From: Candidatus Methylomirabilia bacterium
GTDB lineage: Bacteria > Methylomirabilota > Methylomirabilia > Rokubacteriales > CSP1-6
Assembly: GCA_046758965.1 (NCBI GenBank)
Contig: JBHIBG010000001.1
Location: 64,001 to 128,000, forward strand
Direction: 5' to 3'
Length of the DNA stretch: 64,000 nucleotides
This document shows, piece by piece, positions 18,141 to 30,355 of the stretch (positions are counted from its first letter, which is position 1; every line of letters starts with the position of its first letter). The notes beneath the pieces are model-generated. The model was not told where the DNA came from, did no database searches, and saw nothing but the letters and a program-made list of their open reading frames with translations. The position numbers were made by a program, and so were the translations under genes.

Positions 18141-18435
18141 ACTCGGCAAACCGGACCCCAAAGGACGTGAACCGTCCGGTTGGAAGGCGCCACGTGAGAG
18201 AGACCTTCTCCACGCGAGCCAGTGGCGGGCCTTTCTCCAGCTCCCGGACCAGCTCCTCGATGACCTCCCGCGGGCCCTCCACGCGCACCCGGACCCGTCC
18301 ATCCGCGAGGTTCATGACGTAGCCGCTGAGGCCCCAATGGGCCGCCCTGCGGAGGACGAAGTCTCGGTACCCTACCCCTTGCACGAACCCTTCGACCAAG
18401 AGCTCGGCTGCCGTGCGGGGTCCCGACGCGCTCAT
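18130..18435 (-). CDS. acyP: Acylphosphatase
   Basis: VEGFVQGVGYR, GYVMNLADGRV, KGPPLARV. Confidence 0.92.
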   Translation of the reverse strand: MSASGPRTAAELLVEGFVQGVGYRDFVLRRAAHWGLSGYVMNLADGRVRVRVEGPREVIEELVRELEKGPPLARVEKVSLTWRLPTGRFTSFGVRFAEFES

Positions 18436-18899
18436 CTCGGCTTGACATGCGCGCGCTCGGCCCAAGAGAGGGCTAGGGCCACGGCTTCATCCGGAGAGTC
18501 GGCCCTCGCGACACCGTCCAGGTGGCCCCAGCTCTGGAGTCCCACCACCGGGATTCCCATCTTGAGAGCCAAAGCCACCTCGGAGAGGGTCCCGTACTCG
18601 CCGGGGAGCGCGATCACGGCATGCGACGATCGGACCACCACGGCGTTTCGGGCGTGGCCAAGGTCGGTGACAATAGCAATGTCTGTGAAGGGGTTGGCAT
18701 CACGGTGGGTGGGCCCGGGGAGGATCCCGACCGTGAGTCCTCCGGCGGCCCGTGCGCCCCGCGCTGCAGCCTCCATGACGCCGCCGAGCCCGCCTGACAC
18801 CAGCGTGGCCCCCGCCGCGGCTACCCCCTTTCCCACCGCTTCGGCCAGGTCGCTCACCTGTTCAGAGCACTGACTCGCTCCCACAACGCCGATCTGCCA
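18432..18899 (-). CDS. TIGR00725 / LOG-like Rossmann-fold protein (start codon unclear)
   Basis: QIGVVG, SGGLGGVMEAA, VGILPG, ARN, GEYGTLSEVALAL. Confidence 0.8.
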   Translation of the reverse strand, partial: WQIGVVGASQCSEQVSDLAEAVGKGVAAAGATLVSGGLGGVMEAAARGARAAGGLTVGILPGPTHRDANPFTDIAIVTDLGHARNAVVVRSSHAVIALPGEYGTLSEVALALKMGIPVVGLQSWGHLDGVARADSPDEAVALALSWAERAHVKPR

Positions 18900-18909
18900 T
18901 GAGAGAAAT

Positions 18910-18986
18910 TGGTCGGGGCGACTGGATTTGAACCAGCGACCTCCTGCTCCCGAAGCAGGCGCGCTACCAGGCTGCGCTACGCCCCG
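18910..18986 (-). tRNA. tRNA-Pro(CGG)
   Basis: CGGGGCGTAGCGCAGCCTGGTAGCGCG-CCTGC-TTCGGGA-GCAGG...GGTTCAAATCC...CGCCCCGACCA. Confidence 0.96.
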
Positions 18987-19011
18987 ATCTTCCCGTCGCT
19001 CTCTCAGAGGC

Positions 19012-19698
19012 TCAGCCCTCCCAGCCGTACTTTCCAACCAGCTTGACGAAGACGCAACCGACCCCCGGCGTGGTTTTCATGACGCCGCCGGCCTTCTCGA
19101 TCACCGTGAGCGTCTGCGCCGCCGTATCCCCGATAGGCAATACCATCCGTCCGCCTTCGGCGAGCTGCTCGAACAGCGGGGCTGGCACCGCCGGGGCGGC
19201 CGCCGTGATGAGAATCCGGTCGAACGGCGCCTCATCAGGCCAGCCGTAGGTTCCGTCGGCTGCCCGCGCCCACACGTTGGTGTACCCGAGCCCTTCCAGG
19301 GTGGCGCGGGCCCGAGCCGCGAGGGAAGGAATGCGCTCCACGGAGCAGACCCGTCGAGCCAGCTCGGCGAGCACTGCGGTCTGGTATCCCGACCCCGTGC
19401 CGATCTCCAGGATTTTCTCAGAGCCCGACAGAGCGAGGAGTTCGGTCATCAACGCCACCATGTAGGGCTGCGAGATCGTCTGGCCCTCGCCGATCGGGAG
19501 CGGATGATCCCCGTAGGTGCGGTCACCGAAGGCCTCTCCCACGAATAGCTCGCGGGGAACCTTGCCCATCGCTCCGAGGACGCGCGGATCGCTGATCCCG
19601 CGCCGGCGGAGCTGCTCCTCAACCATCCGCTCACGCGCTTGGGCCACCCGCCACCCGAACGCCCCTGAGCGCTCCGACCTCTGAGCGCTCCCCAGCAT
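19012..19698 (-). CDS. pcm: Protein-L-isoaspartate O-methyltransferase
   Basis: GQTISQPYMV, LEIGTGSGYQ, APFDRILITAA, FVKLVG. Confidence 0.95.
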   Translation of the reverse strand: MLGSAQRSERSGAFGWRVAQARERMVEEQLRRRGISDPRVLGAMGKVPRELFVGEAFGDRTYGDHPLPIGEGQTISQPYMVALMTELLALSGSEKILEIGTGSGYQTAVLAELARRVCSVERIPSLAARARATLEGLGYTNVWARAADGTYGWPDEAPFDRILITAAAPAVPAPLFEQLAEGGRMVLPIGDTAAQTLTVIEKAGGVMKTTPGVGCVFVKLVGKYGWEG

Positions 19699-19703
19699 CG
19701 ATG

Positions 19704-20498
19704 CTACTCCCGCCGTCCAGCCGGTCCGCTTCGAGATTGCTGTCCGCGGAGCTGGGCAGTCAGAGCCCCATCCCACGAGGCCATCCGCCCAAGGGCCTCA
19801 TAGTGAGTCAGGTCCAGGTGGAGCGGCGTCACGGACGCGTACCCCTCTTGGACCGCCAGTACGTCCGTCCCGTCGCGATCCTCCCAGACTGGCTCTCCCG
19901 CTCCGATCCAGTAGTAGGTCCGCCCTCGCGGGTCCATCTCCTCCACCACCTTTTCGCTGTAGACCCGGTGGCCGAGCCGGGTGAGACGCATCCCGCGTAC
20001 GGGGTCCCGGGGGACGTTCACGTTCACCAGCGTCTTGGCAGGCAAGCCCTCCACCAGGATGCGCGTGGCGATCAACCCGGCGATGCGGGTGGCCTCTTGA
20101 AACCCCCGCCGCTCGGCGTCGATCTGGGAGATCGCCAGCGAAGGGACTCCGAGCAGCGTGCCCTCCATAGCCGCCGAGACCGTTCCCGAGTACGTCACGT
20201 CGTCACCGAGGTTGCCGCCGTGGTTGATACCAGCTGCTACCAGGCTCGGGGGAGCGGGGAGCAGGCCCAGGACCCCCAGGTTCACGCAATCTGACGGGGT
20301 CCCGTTCACCGCATACCGCCGCTCCGCGACCTGCTCCACCCGGAGCGGGCGGTGAAGCGTGAGCGAGTGCCCCACCGTGCTCCGTTCCCGATCGGGAGCC
20401 ACGACGTACACCTCCCCGAGGTCAGCGAGGGCCTCGACGAGCGCGGTCAGGCCGTCGGCGAAGATCCCGTCGTCATTGGTTACGAGCAGAAGCGCCAC
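19704..20498 (-). CDS. surE: 5'/3'-nucleotidase SurE
   Basis: LVTNDDG, NGTPSDCV, GINHGGNLG, YSGTV, NVNVP, SVTPL. Confidence 0.95.
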   Translation of the reverse strand: MALLLVTNDDGIFADGLTALVEALADLGEVYVVAPDRERSTVGHSLTLHRPLRVEQVAERRYAVNGTPSDCVNLGVLGLLPAPPSLVAAGINHGGNLGDDVTYSGTVSAAMEGTLLGVPSLAISQIDAERRGFQEATRIAGLIATRILVEGLPAKTLVNVNVPRDPVRGMRLTRLGHRVYSEKVVEEMDPRGRTYYWIGAGEPVWEDRDGTDVLAVQEGYASVTPLHLDLTHYEALGRMASWDGALTAQLRGQQSRSGPAGRRE

Positions 20499-20561
20499 CG
20501 TCCATTCTCGCTTACACAAAAGTCCGCAAACCCAACAGTTCGCGGGGAAGTCCAGAAAGAT

Positions 20562-20609
20562 TGGTCGGGGCGACCGGAGTTGGACCACCGACCCCTGACA
20601 CCCCATGCC
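20562..20609 (-). repeat. Degenerate 48-bp copy of the tRNA-Pro(GGG) 3' half (att-like direct repeat)
   Basis: 43/48 identity by manual alignment to 22588-22635, running from CCA through the anticodon loop. Confidence 0.88.
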
Positions 20610-20951
20610 GTTTGCCGGGTGAAACGACCGGCGACCATCGGTCGCCATTGTACACAATTCGCGCGGTTAGCGCTACTCGGCAGCCGCCGTGTACTGATGC
20701 ACGAGCGGATCGAAGGCCGTACGGGTCCGCCGTTGTGTTTCCAGCTGTCGCCAGCTTACCGAATACGTCCGCCTCCGCGTCGTCCTTGGCCTGGACGGAA
20801 GCGGGAACGAACTGGAGCGCGGCCGAGACCGCCCGCTTCACGTCGAATCCTGCCGTCCGATGGCCAAGGCGCGCGATCCCGGAAGGAACTCCTGAAAGCC
20901 CGCCGCGGAAGCGGTGGCGGCGGCCGATGCCCGTGTCGAGGCAGGTCGGCT

Positions 20952-20980
20952 TTGACCGACGTCATCGGGCGTGCTATCGT
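20952..20980 (+). promoter_or_regulatory. Sigma-70 promoter of the cupin-DoxX pair
   Basis: TTGACC-N17-TATCGT with TGn extended -10. Confidence 0.55.
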
Positions 20981-20999
20981 CTCGGTCGAGGCGCTCGTC

Positions 21000-22004
21000 A
21001 TGGCGAACGGCATCGACGAGTTTCACGGTGACCTTGACCGCCGTCACCTGATCCCTCTCTGGCGGGTTGCCGGACAGCTCCTGCCCGGCCAGCCGAAGCC
21101 CTGCGCGATCCCGTACCTCTGGCGCTGGAAGGAGCTCCACGCGCTCGCCATGCGCGCGGCCGAGCTGGTCCCCGTCGACCGGGCAGCCGAGCGCCGCGTG
21201 CTGGCGCTGGCGAATCCCGGGCTGCCAGGGGCCTCGGCCGCCACGCCGACGCTGTGGGGGGCGGTGCAGATCCTGATGCCCGGGGAGCTGGCGCCCGCCC
21301 ACCGGCATTCCCCGGCCGCCCTCCGGTTCATCCTCCAGGGTGAAGGCGCGTACACGACGGTCGAGGGCGAGAAATGCGTGATGCGCCGGGGCGACCTCGT
21401 GCTCACGCCGCCGTGGCGCTGGCATGATCACGGGAACGAGGGGCGCGCACCCGTCATCTGGTTCGACGGGCTGGACATCCCGCTCGTCGCCATGCTCGAT
21501 GCCTCCTTCTTCGAGCCGTTCGAAGAGTGGACGCAGAAGTCCGCGCCGGGCCGATCCGATCGCTGGTCGTACCCGTGGGCAGAGATCTACCCCGCGCTCG
21601 CCGCCCTCGCCGAGCGGGATTCGAGCCCGTTCGAGGACCTGGCGCTCCAGTACGTGACTGCCTCCGGCGGCCCGGTCCTCCCGACGCTCGCCTGCTGGGT
21701 GCAGCGCCTGCGCCCCGAAGTCCGGACGCGGGCTCACCGACACGTCTCGAGCGCGGTCTACGTCGCATTCGAGGGGACGGGGTTCAGCGTGATCAACGGC
21801 GAACGCTTCAGCTGGAGCCCCGGTGACATGTTCGCCGTGCCGCCGTGGGCCTGGCACGAGCACGCCAACCCGTCGTCGACGGAAGACGCCATTCTCTTCT
21901 CGATCCATGACACGCCGGTGCTGCAGGCTCTCGGGCTCCAGCGCGAGGAGGCGTACGACGCCCACGGCGGGCATCAGCCCGTCGTGCGCGAGTTTGCCGG
22001 CTGA
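21000..22004 (+). CDS. Gentisate 1,2-dioxygenase-like bicupin
   Basis: AERRVLALANPGL, PAHRHSPAALRF, WHDHGN, RAHRH, WHEHAN. Confidence 0.88.
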   Translation: MANGIDEFHGDLDRRHLIPLWRVAGQLLPGQPKPCAIPYLWRWKELHALAMRAAELVPVDRAAERRVLALANPGLPGASAATPTLWGAVQILMPGELAPAHRHSPAALRFILQGEGAYTTVEGEKCVMRRGDLVLTPPWRWHDHGNEGRAPVIWFDGLDIPLVAMLDASFFEPFEEWTQKSAPGRSDRWSYPWAEIYPALAALAERDSSPFEDLALQYVTASGGPVLPTLACWVQRLRPEVRTRAHRHVSSAVYVAFEGTGFSVINGERFSWSPGDMFAVPPWAWHEHANPSSTEDAILFSIHDTPVLQALGLQREEAYDAHGGHQPVVREFAG

Positions 22005-22047
22005 CGTCCTTCGCCGTTCACACACCAAGGAGAGAAGGAGGACGAGC

Positions 22048-22455
22048 ATGCGTGGGATCGCTGGAATTCAACCGGGTTGGGGGGTCACCGCGGTACGGCT
22101 GGCAATGGCCGTCATCTTCATTGTCGCGGGGTACCAAAAGTTCGCCGGCGGCCTGGGCGGCATCACCGGCTTCTTGGACAAGATCGGGATTCTGCTGCCC
22201 GGCCTGATGGGACTGTACATCTCCGTTCTGGAGCTGGTCGGCGGGATCCTCCTGCTGATCGGGCTTGCCGGCCGTTGGGTGGGGCTTCTCTTCGCCCTCG
22301 AGTTCATCGTGGCGGCGTTCTATTACAAGTTCCCCACGCTGGGCTGGGCGGCCGGTCGCGTCGACTTGATGCTGCTGGCGGGCGCCATTTTGCTCTTTCT
22401 GGCCGGATCGGGCAAGGCGTCGGTCGACGAGGTGTGGCTCGAGAAGGGCGATTGA
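22048..22455 (+). CDS. DoxX-family membrane protein
   Basis: RLAMAVIFIVAGYQKF, LELVGGILLLIG, GSGKASVD; AGGAGG RBS. Confidence 0.88.
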   Translation: MRGIAGIQPGWGVTAVRLAMAVIFIVAGYQKFAGGLGGITGFLDKIGILLPGLMGLYISVLELVGGILLLIGLAGRWVGLLFALEFIVAAFYYKFPTLGWAAGRVDLMLLAGAILLFLAGSGKASVDEVWLEKGD

Positions 22456-22587
22456 TCTTCTCGAAGCGTGCGGGGAGGATCTCGGGCTCCCGGAAGAGAA
22501 TCTCACGCCGGGCTGGTGCCAGCAGCTCTCGTGGCGCCGGCAACCGAGGTGGCGCCTCGGTCTGCCCTGCTAACCTCGCGATTAGTC

Positions 22588-22664
<77 letters not shown>

Positions 22665-22673
22665 AACGGTTTG

Positions 22674-22702
22674 AATTTACAGACTTGCGGACCGCACGTC
22701 AA
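22674..22702 (-). promoter_or_regulatory. Sigma-70 promoter for tRNA-Pro(GGG)
   Basis: TTGACG-N17-TAAATT ending 9 nt before the tRNA 5' end. Confidence 0.7.
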
Positions 22703-22704
22703 GG

Positions 22705-23510
22705 CTATATCCACCCGTTATGCCCGCCAGCTTCCGGGTGGCCTTCTGAAGATCTCCGGGGCTGACAATGTTGTAGCGGTCGGACACGGAGCGGGTCTGC
22801 CCCCCGCGCCTTCTTGAACTCCCCGATCCGCCGCCCGTGATGCCTCCCCGTCAGCAGGTAGACAGCGAGGCGGCCCTCCTTGGTCTTCGTCGTGCCTGGC
22901 TCCAGGCGCAGCGTCCCGGCTTCGAGGTCGAGCCGCCTCCGCTCTGGCGTCAGGATCTCACTCTGGACGCGCCAGCCGAACGCGTAGGCAATGCCCGCCG
23001 CGAGCCTGAGATATTCGGGTAACCGCCGCCGAACCGCCTCGTGCTGCGCCGGCTCCAAGAAGCCCTGTCGAGGGCCGTTCTCCCTGAGCTTTCGAATGAT
23101 CGGGAGACGCAGCAGCTTGCCATTCTCGTAGGCCGGCTTGAGCGCGCGGTTGAGTACCGTCAGGTCTCGGTTAATTGTGCCGTTCGAGGCTCCGCTCTCG
23201 TGTCGCTTGTCGGCATAAGCGGCGGCCTCACTCAGGCCCATAGCTGCGATCTTCCTCCCGGTGAAGAAGCGATCGAGGCGCTTCAGCCGGAAATCCGCTT
23301 CCTTCGTGTCGTGCGATCCGCTTGTCTTGTAGTGACTGCGGAGACCCTGTGCGACCTCCTCGTAGCGAATGCGATCCGCGCGAGGCAGGATCGGCTGGCC
23401 GCTCACCACATGCCCTTCGCGCTCTTTGAGGAGCCGTTTGGCCTTACTGTCGGTGTCGGTGCCCATGCTCTCGCGGATCGCCTGGCCGTTGCGATAGTAC
23501 TTCTTGGTTT
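22705..23510 (-). pseudogene. Tyrosine integrase pseudogene with internal deletions and a frameshift
   Basis: YYRNGQAIRES arm region, GASNGTINR, AYAFGWR..SE, GTTKTKEGR; no HxxR box; RSVSDRYNIVSPGDL (catalytic Tyr box) is in a different frame near 22760-22795. Confidence 0.85.
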
Positions 23511-23752
23511 GCGCTATCGCCACGCCCCGGAGCCCCATGCCCGCGAGGCTACAGAGGTTATGCAGGAAGCGCCTCTCGGATATCAAGGGTTGTTTCAAAG
23601 AGCGGTTCTCGCATAGAATAAGCCGCGATGGCGAAGAAGGGAAAAGACCCGCATGCCGTCGCGCTCGAGAGAGTCCAAGCTGACCGGGCTTGTGTCGGGC
23701 TGGGCTTTTCGTAGAATCGCTCCCGTAGCGGTTCCTCGTTGGGAAGCCGGCC

Positions 23753-25681
23753 ATGGTACCGTGGGGCGTCGAACGTAAGCTGACCGCGATCCTCAGTGCC
23801 GATGTCAAGGGCTATAGCCGCCTCATGGGCGAGGATGAGGTGGCGACCATCCGCACGCTCACCGCCTATCGCGAAGTGATGGCCTCCCTCATCCAGCTGC
23901 ACCGCGGAAGGGTAATAGACATGCCGGGGGACAACCTGCTGGCAGAGTTCGCCAGCGTGGTCGATGCCGTGCAGTGCGCCGTGGAGATCCAGCAGGCTCT
24001 CAAAAGCTGGAACGCGGAGCTGCCTGACCGCCGCAAGATGGAGTTCCGCATCGGGATCAACCTTGGAGACGTGGTTGTGGAGGGGGAGCGGATCTACGGG
24101 GATGGGGTCAACATCGCGGCCCGCGTGGAGGGACTGGCCGAGGGCGGGGGCGTTTGCATCTCCCGGACGGCCTTTGACCAGGTCAAGAACAAGCTCGCCC
24201 TGGGGTATGAATTCCTGGGCGAGCACACCGTCAAGAACATCGCGGAGCCCGTGCGCGTGTACCGGGTGCTCATGGAGCCGGAAGCTGCCGGCAGGGTGAT
24301 CGGGGAGACAAGGCCGCCCATCACCCGGATGGTCCTAGCCGACGTGCGGGCGAGACCTTGGCGGTGGGCAGCTCTGGCTGCCGGGGCCGTGCTGGCTCTG
24401 GCAGGTGCGAGCGGTGTAATCTGGAGCTTCTACCTCCGCGGACCTGCCCCCTGGACGGAGGTGGCCTCTGAAGAGAAGATGGCATTCCCGCTGCCCGACA
24501 AGCCTTCGATCGCGGTCTTGCCGTTCGACAATCTGAGCGGCGACCCGAAACAGGACTACCTCGCCGACGGGCTGACCGAGGACCTCATCACCGACCTGTC
24601 ACGCTTCCGCGAATTGTTCGTCATCGCCCGCAATTCGACGTTCACCTACAAGGGCAGGCCGGTCAAGGTCCAGCAGGTGGCCGAGGATCTCGGGGTCCGC
24701 TACATCCTGGAAGGGAGCGTGCAGCGATCGGCGGATCGGGTGCGGATCACCGCGCAGCTCGTCGACGCCATATCGGGAGAGCATGTGTGGGCGGAACGCT
24801 ACGACCGCGACATCTCAGACATTTTCGCCGTGCAGGATGAGGTCGCCGAGAAGATCGTCGGGAATTTGGCGGGGTATCACGGGAAGCTGACGAAGGCCGA
24901 GAAACGGCGCGCCAGGAAAGAGCGCACCACCGATCTCAAGGTATACGAGACCTACCTGCTGGGTATCGAGTACAAGCACCGGTTCACGAAAGAGAACAAT
25001 CTCATCGCGCAGGAGTTGCTCAATAAAGCGATCGCTCTCGACCCCGAGTATGCGCGCGCATATACCGCTTTGGGTTGGACGTATTTGTTTGAGGTGTGGT
25101 GGGGATGGAGCGATGCGCCAGGCCAGTCGCTGAAGCAGGCGTTTCAGGCGGCGCAAAAGGCCGTTCTGCTCGATGACTCTGACGCCGAGTGTCACTGGCT
25201 TCTGGCCGATCTTTATGTCGTGACGCGGCAGTTTGAGAAAGCGGTCACTGAGTTCAACAGGGCGCTCGAGCTCAATCCGAACATGGCCGATGTCCTCGCG
25301 AACTGGGGGGCGGTTATGGCCCGTCTGGGCAGGGCGGAGGAAGGGGTCGAGACGATCAAGAAGGCGATGCGCCTCAACCCGAACTATCCTCAATGGTACC
25401 CGCAGTTCCTGGGCGGCGCGATGTATGCGGCGCGGCGGTATGAGGAGGCGGTTGCAGTACTGAAGAGAGTAAAGCAGCACGTCCGGACCAGTCGCGCCTA
25501 CTTTGCTGCGAGCTACGCTCAGCTAGGCCGGATCGAGGAGGCCCGCGCGGAGGTGGCAGAGACCCTCAAGCTGGATCCCAACGCCACGGTGCAGATCGTA
25601 AGCAACATCGAATACTACAAGAATCCCGCCGACCGCGATCATTTCGAGGAGGGTGTGCGGAAGGCCGGGCTGCCGGACTGA
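23753..25681 (+). CDS. Class III nucleotidyl cyclase + TM + TolB-like + TPR protein
   Basis: AILSADVKGYSRL, GDNLLAEF, FRIGINLGDV, GDGVNIAAR, SIAVLPFDNLS, VIARNSTFTYKG, TPR repeats, KAGLP. Confidence 0.92.
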   Translation: MVPWGVERKLTAILSADVKGYSRLMGEDEVATIRTLTAYREVMASLIQLHRGRVIDMPGDNLLAEFASVVDAVQCAVEIQQALKSWNAELPDRRKMEFRIGINLGDVVVEGERIYGDGVNIAARVEGLAEGGGVCISRTAFDQVKNKLALGYEFLGEHTVKNIAEPVRVYRVLMEPEAAGRVIGETRPPITRMVLADVRARPWRWAALAAGAVLALAGASGVIWSFYLRGPAPWTEVASEEKMAFPLPDKPSIAVLPFDNLSGDPKQDYLADGLTEDLITDLSRFRELFVIARNSTFTYKGRPVKVQQVAEDLGVRYILEGSVQRSADRVRITAQLVDAISGEHVWAERYDRDISDIFAVQDEVAEKIVGNLAGYHGKLTKAEKRRARKERTTDLKVYETYLLGIEYKHRFTKENNLIAQELLNKAIALDPEYARAYTALGWTYLFEVWWGWSDAPGQSLKQAFQAAQKAVLLDDSDAECHWLLADLYVVTRQFEKAVTEFNRALELNPNMADVLANWGAVMARLGRAEEGVETIKKAMRLNPNYPQWYPQFLGGAMYAARRYEEAVAVLKRVKQHVRTSRAYFAASYAQLGRIEEARAEVAETLKLDPNATVQIVSNIEYYKNPADRDHFEEGVRKAGLPD

Positions 25682-25811
25682 CAGCAGCAGTCCGGTCACG
25701 AAGGTCAGCCGGCCATCCCCCTTGCAGAAAGTCGAGGCACTCCCCAATCCCGCGCCATCTCGTTTCCGTCCCGCTCTCTGATGGGTCACGCTGAGGGAGG
25801 GGCGGGAGACT

Positions 25812-26468
25812 TCAAGCTCTCAAATCCGGACCGCCGCCGACGATCCGGGAAGGGACGTCCACATCCACATTGCCCCCGCTCACGACGGTGACGACGGCGC
25901 CTCCCACCTCGCGGATTTCAGGGCCACGGCAATGCCCGAGATGAGGCCGCCCCCCGAAACCGGGACCACGACGGTGTCGAGCTCCGGCAGATCCTCGAGA
26001 AGTTCCAGGCCGATCGTCCCTTGCCCGGCAATTACGAAAGGATCGTCGAAAGGTGGCACCATGACCATACCCGCCTCGGCAACGAGGCGTTCCGCCTCTG
26101 CTCCGGCCTCGTCCTGGCTGCTGCCGACGATTCTCACCTCGGCCCCGAGGTCGCGGATCGCCTTCACTTTGTTCTCCGGGACCAGGCGCGACATACACAC
26201 CACGGCTTTGATCCCGAGACGGCCGGCGGCGTGAGCCAGGCCCCGTCCGTGATTGCCGGTCGAGACCGCGGCAACGCCTCGCTCCCTTTCCTCAGCGCTG
26301 AGGTGCAGCAGGCGGTTCGTGGCGCCCCGGATCTTGAACGAACCGGTCTCTTGCGCCGAGGCGACGCGACAGGGCGGCCGACTGGAGCAGTGGCGTCCGA
26401 CGAACCAAGGTGGCGATCGCGCGGCGAGCTCCGTAGATGTCCCGCAGCGTCACCGTATCGTCTCTCAC
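25812..26468 (-). pseudogene. PLP threonine-dehydratase family (EutB-like) pseudogene
   Basis: RRTPLLQS, then frameshift/deletion, then ETGSFKIRGA, STGNHG, CMSRLVPENKV, PPFDDPFVIAGQGT, VSGGGL; a large deletion precedes the out-of-frame VVSGGNVD. Confidence 0.85.
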
Positions 26469-26499
26469 GCCAGACCGCGCTCCGCTCGCGTCGAGTGCT

Positions 26500-28804
<2,305 letters not shown>

Positions 28805-28812
<8 letters not shown>

Positions 28813-29275
28813 GTCTGGCCACCTCCCGGGCGTAGGCCTCGACGGCGTCCAGGATCTTCGCGTAGCCGGTGCAGCGGCAGAGGTTGCCCGCGAGGGCGCG
28901 TCGGATCGCCTCCCGATCCACCTCCGGGTGCCGATCGATGAAAGCGAGTGCGGTCAGGAGCATGCCGGGCGTGCAGAAGCCGCACTGGACAGCGCCGTGA
29001 CGCACGAACGCCTGCTGCAACGGATGCAGGCCGCCGTCCACCCCGAGGCCGCGCACGGTGAGAATCGTCCGGCCGCGCGCCGCCGGGGCGAGAATGAGGC
29101 AGCTCGAGGCCGGCCGGCCATCGAGCAGCACGGTGCACGCCCCACAGACGCCCTCGCCGCACCCCTCCTTGGCATCGAGGAGACCGAGCGTGTCGCGCAG
29201 GAGTTGAAGAAGGGTCTGGTTCGGCGCCACATCCAGCTCCCGCATGCGCCCGTTGACGCTGAGCCTGATGATCAT
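28805..29275 (-). CDS. 2x[2Fe-2S] subunit (CoxS-like)
   Basis: KEGCGEGVCGACTV, QCGFCTPG, GNLCRCTGY. Confidence 0.92.
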
Positions 29276-29337
29276 GGCACTTCAAACATTCACGGGGTGT
29301 GCATGCGTCGGGGATGGGCCCGCTTGCCTGCTCCAAA

Positions 29338-30204
29338 TCATGAGGCGCTACCCAGAGCCCGTGCGACGGCGCGCGCCAGCGCCCGCCTCGCCAGCACGCC
29401 CGCGAGGTGTCTCCGGTAGGCCGCTGAGGCGAAGGCGTCCGACTCCGGTGAGATCGCCTCGCGGGCGATGGCCGCCGCACGCCCCAGTCGCTCGGGCGTC
29501 GGCTCGTGCCCGCGGAGCAGATCCTCGGCCGCCAGAGCCCGGACCGGCGTCGGCCCCACGCCGGCTAGGGCAACTCGCGCCTCTTCCACCCGACCACGGC
29601 GATCGGAGCTCACGAGAGCTGTCACCGCAACCAGGGCGAAATCGCCCGGCCGCCGCGCGAACTCCTCGACGGCCTGGCCCATGCCACGCGTCGCGGGCAG
29701 GTCCACCTCAGTGAGAAGCTCCTCTCCCCCGAGGGTGGTCGTGAGGTACCCCGCGAAGAACTCGTCCACGGGCACAGTGCGCCGGTCCCCGCGCCCCTCG
29801 AGCGTCAGGCGGGCCCCGAGGGCGAGCATCACCATCGGCAGCTCGGCTGCAGGATCCGCGTGCGCCAGGCTCCCGCCGAGGGTCCCCAGCGTGCGGACGC
29901 GAACGTTGCCGATCAGAGATGCGGCCTCGCTCAGCACGGGACAGGCCCGGGCGATCTCGCCGGACTCCTCGAGCGTCGCGTGGCGCGTCAGCGCTCCCAG
30001 GCGGAGCCGGCCATCCTCGACGCGGACTCCGCCGAGCGCCAACCTGTTGATGTCGACGATGACGCGAGGAGCGGCGAGCCGATAGCTGAGGAGCGGCACC
30101 AAGCTCTGCCCACCCGCGAGGATCCTCGCCTCCTCACGGTGCCGGGCCAGCAGGTCGATTGCTTCCTCGACGGAGCCCGGCGACACATACTCAAACGCCC
30201 GCAT
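29338..30204 (-). CDS. FAD-binding subunit (CoxM-like)
   Basis: AGGQSLVP, VRTLGTLGGSLAHADPAAE, RRPGDFA; GAGGAG RBS. Confidence 0.92.
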   Translation of the reverse strand: MRAFEYVSPGSVEEAIDLLARHREEARILAGGQSLVPLLSYRLAAPRVIVDINRLALGGVRVEDGRLRLGALTRHATLEESGEIARACPVLSEAASLIGNVRVRTLGTLGGSLAHADPAAELPMVMLALGARLTLEGRGDRRTVPVDEFFAGYLTTTLGGEELLTEVDLPATRGMGQAVEEFARRPGDFALVAVTALVSSDRRGRVEEARVALAGVGPTPVRALAAEDLLRGHEPTPERLGRAAAIAREAISPESDAFASAAYRRHLAGVLARRALARAVARALGSAS

Positions 30205-30282
30205 CTCCTCCCCTACAGGTCCGGCGGGCTCGCGGGTCCGTCGCGGCGAACAGCCCCGGGGCGTAAGGCGTCCGCGCTTCGA

Positions 30283-30355
30283 GCGCGGGCTTTGCCCGCG
30301 CAAGCGAATGGGGGAGGCATCGGAGGGGGGGGGGGGGCCCCCCCCCCCCCCCCGA
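30283..30355. repeat. Intergenic palindromic (REP-like) element with two hairpins
   Basis: GCGCGGGC-ttt-GCCCGCGC (30283-30301) and TCGGA-G13-C16-GA (30320-30355). Confidence 0.6.

Noticed and set aside
18928..19037. ORF-track N-terminal extension of the LOG-like gene
   Set aside because: Reads through tRNA-Pro(CGG); the translation is tRNA sequence
23575..23600. TATCAAGGGTTG as an IHF site or IS end
   Set aside because: Spacing does not fit WATCAANNNNTTR, and no inverted partner was found
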